The translations under genes were made by a program, and so were the position numbers. Shown here piece after piece: positions 10,327 to 18,650 of a stretch of 64,000 nucleotides of DNA. The first letter of the stretch is position 1. Each line of letters starts with the position of its first letter. Origin of the DNA: Candidatus Poribacteria bacterium (GTDB lineage: Bacteria; Poribacteria; WGA-4E; WGA-3G). The notes beneath the pieces were generated by a model. It was given only the letters and a program-made list of their open reading frames with translations. It did no database searches and had not been told where the DNA came from. The DNA is taken from the NCBI GenBank assembly GCA_963668035.1, contig OY764073.1:66930-130929 (forward strand), in the 5' to 3' direction.

Positions 10327-11745
10327 ATGAAACAAAAACCTACAAACCCTCCCCCGAATATCCTCCGAGAAATCCAAGCGAATAAAATTTTACCCGTGTA
10401 CCTGCTTTGTGGTGAGGAGAGTTTTCTCATTGAGGGCACGCTCAAGCAGATGCTTGACCATCTGCTTACACCCGATACGCGCGATTTCAATCTCACTTTT
10501 TTAGAGGATACAGATATAACAATTCGAGAAATTCTCAGTCAGGCGGATCGCTATCCAGTCATGTCGGATTGGCGGATTGTCGTTGTCCGAGAGGCCCCTT
10601 TCTTTTCAGTTCAGCAACGGACGACACCGATAACAATCGTCCGAAGTGCATTTAAGGTTGAAAGGACAAACCCGCAAAAATCTATCTCTACATTGGCAAA
10701 ACTTTTAGAGGTGGGTACACAGCAGATCGCCGAAAATCATTTTAACTACATAAATGCCGTTAACTCGCTCATTGATGAATTAGGGACGAAGCTCTCCGAC
10801 GAAGAACGCGGGTTTCTTGAACGTTTGCCGGAAATCGCCCAACAACTGGATACATACGCTACGGATGTTGATGATACTGGCGATGTTGAGGTCCTCCTTG
10901 AATGGCTACAAGGCGATCTACCAAAAAATAGTGTGTTGATATTTACGGTGCAGGGACCCGTGAACGAGCGGAACCGGGTTGTAAAGGCCATTGAAACTGT
11001 CGGACGCTACCGATCTTTCGATCCAGTAGCAGAGGGACCCTCGCTAAACCGAGACCCGCTCTATATAAAAGTCTCGGACAAATTTAATGAATACGGTAAA
11101 CAGATCACACCACGCGCCTTCTCCCTACTAAGGACGCGAACCGGCGGCGATATGCACACTGTTGCTGAAGCCATCAATAAAATTGTCAGTTTTGTTGGCG
11201 ACAAAACCCAAATCGACGAACAGGATGTCCGGAACATGGTGACACAGAATACTTATGATGGCATTTTTGATCTCACAGATGCGATCGGAAAACGCGCAAT
11301 GGGGCAGGCGCTGAAGAGCCTTCATGAGGTGTTAGCGAGCGGTCAAGAATCGCCGATCTATGTGAACTTAATGATCATAAGACAATTCCGATTTGCCCTG
11401 CAAGCCAAGCTCATCGCTGAAAAACGGGAGATCCGAGCTATCCGGAGCCGAATGCCACTCCGTGATTTTACAGCAAACATTTTCCAGCCGCTCGCTGAGG
11501 AGATAAAGGAGCTCCTACCGAAATCAGCGGCTGACAACATCCTCAGGCAGAATCCTTATGTGGCCTACAAGACTTTTCAGACACTCAACGCTTTCACGGT
11601 TGAGGAATTGGTCGCCGCCCTTGAAAAAGCCTTGGAAGTGGACATCCAATTCAAAACAAGTACCCCGGATCCTATATCTGTTTTAGAGCAATTGGTATGT
11701 GAACTTTGCACGACCGCACCGGGAAGGAGACCGACTTCGCTTTAG
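10327..11745 (+). CDS. holA: DNA polymerase III delta subunit (elongated, 472 aa)
   Basis: N-terminus ILPVYLLCGEESFLIEG is diagnostic of HolA. It carries about 130 extra residues compared with typical delta subunits. Confidence 0.75.
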   Translation: MKQKPTNPPPNILREIQANKILPVYLLCGEESFLIEGTLKQMLDHLLTPDTRDFNLTFLEDTDITIREILSQADRYPVMSDWRIVVVREAPFFSVQQRTTPITIVRSAFKVERTNPQKSISTLAKLLEVGTQQIAENHFNYINAVNSLIDELGTKLSDEERGFLERLPEIAQQLDTYATDVDDTGDVEVLLEWLQGDLPKNSVLIFTVQGPVNERNRVVKAIETVGRYRSFDPVAEGPSLNRDPLYIKVSDKFNEYGKQITPRAFSLLRTRTGGDMHTVAEAINKIVSFVGDKTQIDEQDVRNMVTQNTYDGIFDLTDAIGKRAMGQALKSLHEVLASGQESPIYVNLMIIRQFRFALQAKLIAEKREIRAIRSRMPLRDFTANIFQPLAEEIKELLPKSAADNILRQNPYVAYKTFQTLNAFTVEELVAALEKALEVDIQFKTSTPDPISVLEQLVCELCTTAPGRRPTSL

Positions 11746-11821
11746 CGCGTATTAGAAACCGACGCAGTTTTTATTTCGTTTTATTATGTGTATGTTGCGT
11801 ATAAAATAAGGAGTTTCTTAT

Positions 11822-12589
11822 ATGAAAGGCACAAGACCCTTAGATAATACCGAAATCCGAAAGGTATCGGAAGCGTTTAGCGGGACGTTTGCGATTCGGA
11901 ATCGGAACCTGTTTATGTTAGGCGTATCCGTCGGGGGACGGATTAGCGAGTTACTTGCCTTGAAAGTGGGAGATGTATGGCAGAATAACAAGCCTGTCAA
12001 GGATCTGTTGTTTGATCGGAGTATTGTGAAAGGCGGCGAAGTGTCAAGAGCTGTGCCTGTGAATGCAGATGGGAGGCAGGCAATTGAAGCACTCATCGCT
12101 TGGCATATAGAATTATATGGCGGGGCCGATCCAACCCGTCCGCTGTTTCCGTCCCGGAAAGGCGGCGGCACGAAAGCGATGACGCGAATAGCGGCGCATG
12201 ATGTGCTGAAACCGGCGTTTGAGGCTGCGGGATTAAATGGAAAACTCGGCACACATTCGCTGCGGAAGTCGTATGCGCAGCGTCTTTATGAGCAGACGAA
12301 CGATATTTATGCTGTTCAAGAGATGTTAGGGCATAAAAAGGTGGTTACGACGCAACAATATTTAGGCGTGAATTACGCCAGTGTTCGGGAGGCGTCGGAG
12401 GCGATGTCGGTTCATTCCGAATCTAACAAAAGAGCCAAAACGTTAAGTTCAGTCAATGAAGCCAAAGATGATGAACTTCTCATTGAATTGCTCCGAAGAG
12501 GTTATGATGTCGCTCGACTCCTTCAAAAAGACGAAACAGAGCAACCTTTTCAACTGCCAGTTACGGAAACTGAATCGAAATTTGTTTAA
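11822..12589 (+). CDS. Tyrosine-type site-specific recombinase, catalytic domain only
   Basis: GGRISELLAL (box-I Arg), HSLRKSYA (H-x-x-R) and LGHKKVVTTQQY (His and catalytic Tyr). There is no N-terminal SAM-like DNA-binding domain. Good RBS (AAGGAG). Confidence 0.7.
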   Translation: MKGTRPLDNTEIRKVSEAFSGTFAIRNRNLFMLGVSVGGRISELLALKVGDVWQNNKPVKDLLFDRSIVKGGEVSRAVPVNADGRQAIEALIAWHIELYGGADPTRPLFPSRKGGGTKAMTRIAAHDVLKPAFEAAGLNGKLGTHSLRKSYAQRLYEQTNDIYAVQEMLGHKKVVTTQQYLGVNYASVREASEAMSVHSESNKRAKTLSSVNEAKDDELLIELLRRGYDVARLLQKDETEQPFQLPVTETESKFV

Positions 12590-12684
12590 AATCAATTGGA
12601 TGTGCATTTTTTACTCTCTTTTTCTCGTCTACCGACTCTAATAAAATGAAACTACATTTTATTTGAAAGTTGGAGGCATTGAAA

Positions 12685-12921
12685 ATGGGAGAAATCGTCC
12701 TGATTATCGCTATTGTATTTGGAAGTATCGCGATAACGACGCTCGGATGCGTATGGATGGGGACATCCTACTTTGCGAAGAAAAGAGGTTTGAAAAAAGG
12801 CGCGTCACAACGGCAGGTAGAAGCACTGCATCAGAAAGTCAACGACGTGCAGCAAGAAATTGATGTACTGAAAAATGAGGTGAAACGGCTCATCAAAATC
12901 GCTAAAAGTGGCGGCGAGTAA
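12685..12921 (+). CDS. Small bitopic membrane protein with a C-terminal coiled coil (paralogue A)
   Basis: GGAGG RBS. A TM helix followed by a heptad-like charged region. The motif TTLGCVWMGTSYF is shared with the downstream ORF. Confidence 0.55.
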   Translation: MGEIVLIIAIVFGSIAITTLGCVWMGTSYFAKKRGLKKGASQRQVEALHQKVNDVQQEIDVLKNEVKRLIKIAKSGGE

Positions 12922-12935
12922 GGAGGGGAACGGCT

Positions 12936-13274
12936 ATGTCGGTGTTACTACTGATTTTTATCGGACTGGTGTTCTTCTTTGTTATCAAGTTTACCGCTGC
13001 GGTTACTGCCATCATAGCAGTCGTTGCGGGGACGACAACAGTCACTATACTCGCGTGCGTCTGGGTGGCCACGTCGTATTACCTCAAAAAATCCGGATAT
13101 GACCCGAAGACCGCGCAAGAAACCTATAATCAAGTGGACTCGGATTTAAAACAGATGGCTGGGGATTTACAGGAAATCCGTTCGCAACTGGAGATGGCTG
13201 AGTCGCATCTACGGAATATGGAATTTCTAAAGTACGCCCGCCAAAATCACAAATCGGGAGAAAATGAATCATAG
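12936..13274 (+). CDS. Small membrane protein with a coiled coil (paralogue B of 12685-12921)
   Basis: AGGAGG RBS. Hydrophobic N-terminal half. TILACVWVATSYY parallels the upstream ORF and is followed by a coiled coil. Confidence 0.55.
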   Translation: MSVLLLIFIGLVFFFVIKFTAAVTAIIAVVAGTTTVTILACVWVATSYYLKKSGYDPKTAQETYNQVDSDLKQMAGDLQEIRSQLEMAESHLRNMEFLKYARQNHKSGENES

Positions 13275-13311
13275 GCAAGACATAGCTATGTTTTGCCTAT
13301 CGTGTTGGGTG

Positions 13312-14508
13312 CTAAAACAACCACCGTTGGAATAGCACCCCTTTTCCTTCAGGTTCAACCACGCGCAGCAACACCTTTCCATTCGTGTAAAAATCCACTG
13401 CCATGAAACCGGTATGCTGATGTGCAAACAGAGTGTTGTCCCCGGACATCACTTCTGTTACTTTTCGACTCGCGGCAGCCCCGCTGACAAGAAGATAATC
13501 GGTAACGTTGCCTTTCAGGACCTGTAAAGAGTGTTCATGTCCGGAGGCATAGATTAAAAGCGGTGTGCCTTCAGGTGGCAGTTTGCGCGTGGAAAATGCG
13601 CGGTTGAGTTGTGCTATCAAATTATTGTAGGGTGCGCTGCCGATATCTTGGTCAGGTGTGTAGAGGTGTCCTCTTGTGTACGCATACATTGAACCGAGGA
13701 TCGGTGTCGGAATCCAGAGCCACTTCTTTAAAACTCTGGCGGGAAATAGATGCGATTTCCAGTCAAAGTAGCCGCCGTGCGGACCGTAACTTTGCAATGA
13801 ATGGTGTCCGACAACGATGACTGGCAATTCTGTATCTAATAGTGCTATCAGTTCCGCTATAACTGTTTCAGGCGATTTCTCTGGTTTTTCATGTTTGTGA
13901 AGCCACCATTGTGTATCCAGCACAATAAGCCGGATGGCTGGATTGGCTTTCGGTAATTCGATCGCAACGGGTCCGGGTGAACCGCCAGCAGGCAGGAAAT
14001 TCTGTTCGCCAATGAGGGCATCGTTGATAAACTTTTCTTGTGTGCGCAGCGCGCTGTATCCTTCCGCGCCGCCGCTTGCCCAATCGTGGTTTCCGGGAAT
14101 AAAGAGTCCATGGACCCCCGCGTCTTTGACAACGGCGATTTGTGGGACGAGTCGTTCCGCTGCTTCATGCTTTCGGCGTTCTGTCATGCCTTCCGGGTAC
14201 ATATTATCCCCCAGAAAGACGATGCTCGTTTTTGTTGCGTCCTTTCGCGCCCACTCGCCGAGGGTTTTCAGGACGGGTTCATCCGGTTTCGGTGCCCCGC
14301 CATCACCGAGTAACAAAAGGCGGTAGCGGAGTACGCCTTCTGTTTCACGCGCACGTCTTTCAATATCAGGTATGTCGGGATGGTAATAGGGTTTGGTATG
14401 ACTGCACCCTGCACTTGTCAGCTGTATCGCCTGAATAATACAACAGAGCAAAATAATGTAGCGGGTAAGATGCGGGCGGTTTAAAAAACGGGAAGCGTTA
14501 TGTTTCAT
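13312..14508 (-). CDS. Calcineurin-like metallophosphoesterase, probably a lipoprotein
   Basis: GDNMY, GNHDW and GHEH metallophosphatase motifs. The start was chosen at MKH so that a lipobox-like LTSAGC follows a hydrophobic segment. Confidence 0.7.
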   Translation of the reverse strand: MKHNASRFLNRPHLTRYIILLCCIIQAIQLTSAGCSHTKPYYHPDIPDIERRARETEGVLRYRLLLLGDGGAPKPDEPVLKTLGEWARKDATKTSIVFLGDNMYPEGMTERRKHEAAERLVPQIAVVKDAGVHGLFIPGNHDWASGGAEGYSALRTQEKFINDALIGEQNFLPAGGSPGPVAIELPKANPAIRLIVLDTQWWLHKHEKPEKSPETVIAELIALLDTELPVIVVGHHSLQSYGPHGGYFDWKSHLFPARVLKKWLWIPTPILGSMYAYTRGHLYTPDQDIGSAPYNNLIAQLNRAFSTRKLPPEGTPLLIYASGHEHSLQVLKGNVTDYLLVSGAAASRKVTEVMSGDNTLFAHQHTGFMAVDFYTNGKVLLRVVEPEGKGVLFQRWLF

Positions 14509-15835
14509 GTGTGGACAACTGTTTGATATGTTCAACCAGTTCCTCCCGCGGGACGATTTGCTGTTCTCTATTCGCGAGGTTTCGGAGTGCAACTGTGCCA
14601 GCTGCTACTTCATCGGAGCCGAGGATAACAGCATACGGAATGCCTTTGGTATCCGCATACTTTATCTGTGCACTCATGCGCGCTGGTCGGGAATAAACCT
14701 CTGTACGGATACCGCTTTGCCGCAGCAGCGTCGCAACTTTCAAGGATTCCTGCGCGAGATCGGCATCGAAAACGGTTACTAATACCTGCGTCACCGTCTT
14801 CCCGACTGTAGGCGGAAACATATCCAATTCTGCTATAACATCAATAATCCTGTCAAGTCCGAAACTGATGCCGGTTGCCGGGTATCCCTGTTTACTAAAA
14901 CTTCCGATAAGTTCGTCATATCTACCGCCACCGGTGATGCTCCCGATTTTCGGTTCTTCAACGACAGTCTCATAGATCGGACCCGTATAGTATTCTAAGC
15001 CCCGTACCATCGCGACGTTCACGCGATAGAATTCCTCTGGAACGCCGAGCGTTGAGAGATAACCGAGCAACTCCTCCAATTCCGCTATACCTTCTCGTGC
15101 TGCTTCGGAATCACCGAGTTGCATATTGAGCGCATTCAAGACTGTCGCTGCATCACCTTCAATCTCAAGCAGAGCAAGGAGTTTCTCAATCACAGGCTCC
15201 GGTATCTGGTTTTCTGCTAATTCGGCTCTGACACCTCCTAACCCAATTTTATCCAGTTTATCGATGGAACGATAGAGACCGCCAAGTTGTTCAGTCGGTA
15301 CGCCAGCGAATTGTCCGATGCCGGTGATGAGCTTCCGGTCATTGATGTTAATCTCAAATTGCTTGAAACCGAGTCGAGTTAGTAACTGATAGATGAGATT
15401 GACGTTTTCAGCATCAGCGAGCATACTCTCGCTGCCGACCGTATCTGCATCACATTGGAAGAATTGACGGTAACGCCCCTTTTGTGGACGTTCCGCTCGC
15501 CAGACCGGATCGATCTGGTATCGCTTAAACGGTTTCGGGAGTTGTGGATACATCGCGACAACTCGACAGAGCGGCACTGTAAGATCGTAGCGGAGGGAGA
15601 GGTCCTCTTTTCCACCGGTGTGTCCTGCCTGATAGATAAGTTTCTCTGCATCCGGTCCGTATTTACCTGTGAGGACTTCGGATAACTCGAGGGCAGGGGT
15701 CTGTAAAGGTTCAAACCCGAATTCCTCGAACACCTCACGAATCACACCTATGACGTACTGCCTGCGAATCATCTGTTCAGGTAAGATGTCGCGCATCCCG
15801 CGGGGAACGCGCGGTTTAATGAATGGGGTTGCCAT
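14498..15835 (-). CDS. hisS: Histidine--tRNA ligase
   Basis: Class-II aaRS motifs and full-length similarity to HisRS (RGLEYYTG, GGGRYD). The ATG at 15835 has AGGAG 8 nt upstream. Confidence 0.9.
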   Translation of the reverse strand: MATPFIKPRVPRGMRDILPEQMIRRQYVIGVIREVFEEFGFEPLQTPALELSEVLTGKYGPDAEKLIYQAGHTGGKEDLSLRYDLTVPLCRVVAMYPQLPKPFKRYQIDPVWRAERPQKGRYRQFFQCDADTVGSESMLADAENVNLIYQLLTRLGFKQFEININDRKLITGIGQFAGVPTEQLGGLYRSIDKLDKIGLGGVRAELAENQIPEPVIEKLLALLEIEGDAATVLNALNMQLGDSEAAREGIAELEELLGYLSTLGVPEEFYRVNVAMVRGLEYYTGPIYETVVEEPKIGSITGGGRYDELIGSFSKQGYPATGISFGLDRIIDVIAELDMFPPTVGKTVTQVLVTVFDADLAQESLKVATLLRQSGIRTEVYSRPARMSAQIKYADTKGIPYAVILGSDEVAAGTVALRNLANREQQIVPREELVEHIKQLSTHET

Positions 15836-15892
15836 ACGTTTTGCTCCTATAGACATATCACCCCTATGGGGTGAGGGATAATTGACGCAAAT

Positions 15893-16675
15893 CTAAATGT
15901 GTCCGGGAAGTGTTTGGCTGCGTCTTCTTCGCAAACCTTTCTGGAGCGTCTGCTTGAACGCTTCAATTTTTTCCCGTTTCCAAGAATCTCTGAGTGCCTT
16001 CGGGTTGGCGATGAGCGTAGATTCGGATTCGCGTAAAAGTTCAATCTCCTTGAGCGCATTCGCCTTGATTGTGCGCCGGGATGCTGTCGAGTTGTCGATG
16101 ATGGCATCGGCTTCCTCTGGTGGTTTCCCCTCGGTTGCCCCGAAGGACAGCATAAGCGTGATCGGCGACTGGTAAGAACCGCGCGTATTCAACCGCTTCC
16201 ACGGTGTTAAAATTGTCGGAGCAACCCTGTTTTCAGTCTTTTCAAGGATATATTTCTCGGCGATATTCAGATATTCGGTAGAAATGAGGATGTCTCCATC
16301 GGCGCGGTTCATCAAATCCTCAAATGTGCTGATGTCTTCCCGTTCCTCACGGACAGCGAGAATAATATCAATGTGTCCATATTCGAGAGGCAGGATCTCT
16401 TCAACATCTGAATCTGTTTCTTCAACCCAATCTTGACCGGTAATCCCAACGTCGTAAAAATCATCCATGCCGACATAGACGGGTATCTCTTGTGGACGTG
16501 AAATCTTGATCTGAAATTCGCTATCATTGCAAAAGGTTGCGCGATAGGATCGATCCGTTGCGGTATAACCCTTGAGTTCATAACCGGCACGCTGAAACAT
16601 TTCAAGGGTATCCGCTTGTAGACTCCCTTTCGGTAAAAGTAGTTTCAGCGTCCGTTGTGATTCCGTTTGCATCAT
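15893..16675 (-). CDS. hisG: ATP phosphoribosyltransferase catalytic subunit (HisZ-dependent type, with insertions)
   Basis: LKLLLPKGSLQ N-terminus and a ...DAIIDNSTASRRTIKANAL signature region. The start was moved to the ATG at 16675 (AAGGAG RBS) to avoid a 74-nt overlap with hisZ. Confidence 0.8.
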   Translation of the reverse strand: MMQTESQRTLKLLLPKGSLQADTLEMFQRAGYELKGYTATDRSYRATFCNDSEFQIKISRPQEIPVYVGMDDFYDVGITGQDWVEETDSDVEEILPLEYGHIDIILAVREEREDISTFEDLMNRADGDILISTEYLNIAEKYILEKTENRVAPTILTPWKRLNTRGSYQSPITLMLSFGATEGKPPEEADAIIDNSTASRRTIKANALKEIELLRESESTLIANPKALRDSWKREKIEAFKQTLQKGLRRRRSQTLPGHI

Positions 16676-16688
16676 GGTTCTCCTTCTT

Positions 16689-18113
16689 CTATGAAAGATC
16701 ATCAACAGCGACAACCTGTGTGTCACCCGTTTTAATGTGAATTCGTTGGATCGGTTTATCACGGTCTAAACGGAGCAGATAAGTGTAGTTCGCGTGTGCC
16801 GCATAATCCTGTTGTACCTGTAGATCGCGTTCCATCAGATCCACTTCCACGTGCTTGCCTTGCGCCCGTAATGTTTCAGCGAGTCGTTGCGCTTGGGCGA
16901 CACACTCTGGGGTTTTTGCAGCGATGAAATAATCTCTGCTTCCGTTACCGGTCGCCGCGCCTGTGGCCGCAAAGGCTTGGACAAGTACCTCAAATTGGAA
17001 CGCAAAGCCAGCACCGGGTATTGAGGGACCGCCAAAAGAAGCGATGAGCTCGTCATATCTTCCACCGCCACAGAGCGGTAATCCTTTTTCGGAGGCTTCA
17101 ATCTGAAAGACCGTGCCGGTATAGAAATCAAACCCGCGCGTGATACCCAAATTGATCTCAAAATCTGTAATATTGTAGTTTTCCAAACAGTTGCAGAGTG
17201 CCATCAGTTCTTGACGTGCCGTTTTTGCAGTGTCGCCGAGAAGTGTCTCCCACGATGCCATGACGGTATCCTTATCGCCACAAATCTTTGAGACATCTAT
17301 ACACCGTTGTGCTGTCTCTTCGGAAACGTTGAAATAGCGGAGCCACCGTGCTTTATAGGTCTCTTCGGCGATTGCTGGTAATTTCTCTACGTAAGTGTCG
17401 GTTAATTCCTGAACTGTAGAAGCCTCAATTTTATTGGCACCTTGGTAGTCGGGTCCTTGTGACCGACGCAGCATATTGAGCGTCTCTTGGAGTGTCTCCA
17501 GATCCCAGAGATGGCTTTCGTTGCGGAGACGGACGAGGTAATCAATATCCCATATAATTTCAGCGTGGTCCTTGGTATCTAATGCGACCTGTTTGAAAAT
17601 CTCGCGGAAGATCCCGGTATTACCGATTCTTAATTGCGTCTGTGAGATGTTGAGTTTCTCAAGGATTCGGATCGGGATCGCAATGATTTCGGCATCAGCA
17701 TGGACAGAAGCCGGTCCAACGAGTTCAACGCCTGCCTGTCGGAATTCGCGTTTGACTTCGGTGCCATCGGTGATCGGCTCCTGCCGGACACACTGCCCGA
17801 TGTAGTAGAGTTTATACGGATAGGGCAGGTGTTTGAGTTCGCCATTGGCAATGAGACGGCAGACAGGCGCGGTCAACTCAGGGCGCAGCGCATAATCTAC
17901 CCTATCCGAACCGACGAAGGTAAACATTTTGTGACGGATTTCTTCGCCGGCTTGTGCGGACAGAAGTGCGAAGGATTCAAACAACGGTGTCTGTACCTGT
18001 GCGTATCCGTAGGTTTCAAAGGTTTCACGTACGATATTCTCAACGAAATTTCGCTGAGCCATCTGCTCGGGTAGAAAGTCATTCGTCCCGGCAGGTTTAT
18101 CAAAATTTTCCAT
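16689..18113 (-). CDS. hisZ: ATP phosphoribosyltransferase regulatory subunit (HisRS paralogue)
   Basis: HisRS-like catalytic-core fold motifs without an anticodon-binding domain signature. Sits immediately upstream of hisG. Confidence 0.75.
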   Translation of the reverse strand: MENFDKPAGTNDFLPEQMAQRNFVENIVRETFETYGYAQVQTPLFESFALLSAQAGEEIRHKMFTFVGSDRVDYALRPELTAPVCRLIANGELKHLPYPYKLYYIGQCVRQEPITDGTEVKREFRQAGVELVGPASVHADAEIIAIPIRILEKLNISQTQLRIGNTGIFREIFKQVALDTKDHAEIIWDIDYLVRLRNESHLWDLETLQETLNMLRRSQGPDYQGANKIEASTVQELTDTYVEKLPAIAEETYKARWLRYFNVSEETAQRCIDVSKICGDKDTVMASWETLLGDTAKTARQELMALCNCLENYNITDFEINLGITRGFDFYTGTVFQIEASEKGLPLCGGGRYDELIASFGGPSIPGAGFAFQFEVLVQAFAATGAATGNGSRDYFIAAKTPECVAQAQRLAETLRAQGKHVEVDLMERDLQVQQDYAAHANYTYLLRLDRDKPIQRIHIKTGDTQVVAVDDLS

Positions 18114-18302
18114 ATTTTTTATGTCCCTAAGGGTCCATCCTTTATCTATTTATCTATTTTCAAAAAACTTAAAAATTCTCAATCCGGCCGCGATCTCGGC
18201 AGAAACCCGTTTTTTTGACCATCAACTCGTCTTCCGCATTTTATTTTATAAAGGCACGAGTTGATGATCAAAACGGAAAAAACGGAGCGAAAACTTAATA
18301 GT

Positions 18303-18388
18303 TAAAAATAAAAAAACCAGTAAACGTCTGCTCTTTTCTCGCGCATGCTGACAACATAGCACGGAGGAGAGCGGCTCGTTTACTGGGA
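18303..18388 (-). terminator. Intrinsic terminator of the his leader (attenuator)
   Basis: On the minus-strand transcript, CCAGUAAACG...CGUUUACUGG (10-bp stem enclosing further pairing) is followed by UUUUUUUAUUUUU. It lies between the His-leader peptide and hisZ. Confidence 0.65.
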
Positions 18389-18451
18389 TCCAAACAGGTT
18401 AAACTTGCTTCGTATCAAAGATGTTTATTTATATTCCCTCATCCGCTCTAC

Positions 18452-18508
18452 TCAAAGGTGGACCGAATGATGGTGATGCATGTTGAATATGTTATTAATG
18501 TTACGCAT
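18452..18508 (-). promoter_or_regulatory. Histidine-rich leader peptide ORF. Core MHHHHSVHL (18452-18481); a possible 18-aa form is MRNINNIFNMHHHHSVHL.
   Basis: Minus-strand reading ATG CAT CAC CAT CAT TCG GTC CAC CTT TGA. Five His in nine codons, directly upstream of a terminator and of hisZ-hisG-hisS. Confidence 0.65.
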
Positions 18509-18650
18509 TTTCTTTGTTTTTTTGTAGGAGCGACCTCCCGGTCGCGATCTTTTCTTGTCAAGAAAACCAATGATTTTAATTCCATTTAATGATATTATAC
18601 CGTATTGGAAGATGAATGTCAAATTTTTTTAAAGGTCGCCAAATAACGCA

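Noticed and set aside
9328-10377. 349-aa minus-strand ORF
   Set aside because: Entirely antisense to the well-supported CARDB/toroid gene. Arg-rich low-complexity translation with no RBS or domain signal. A shadow ORF.
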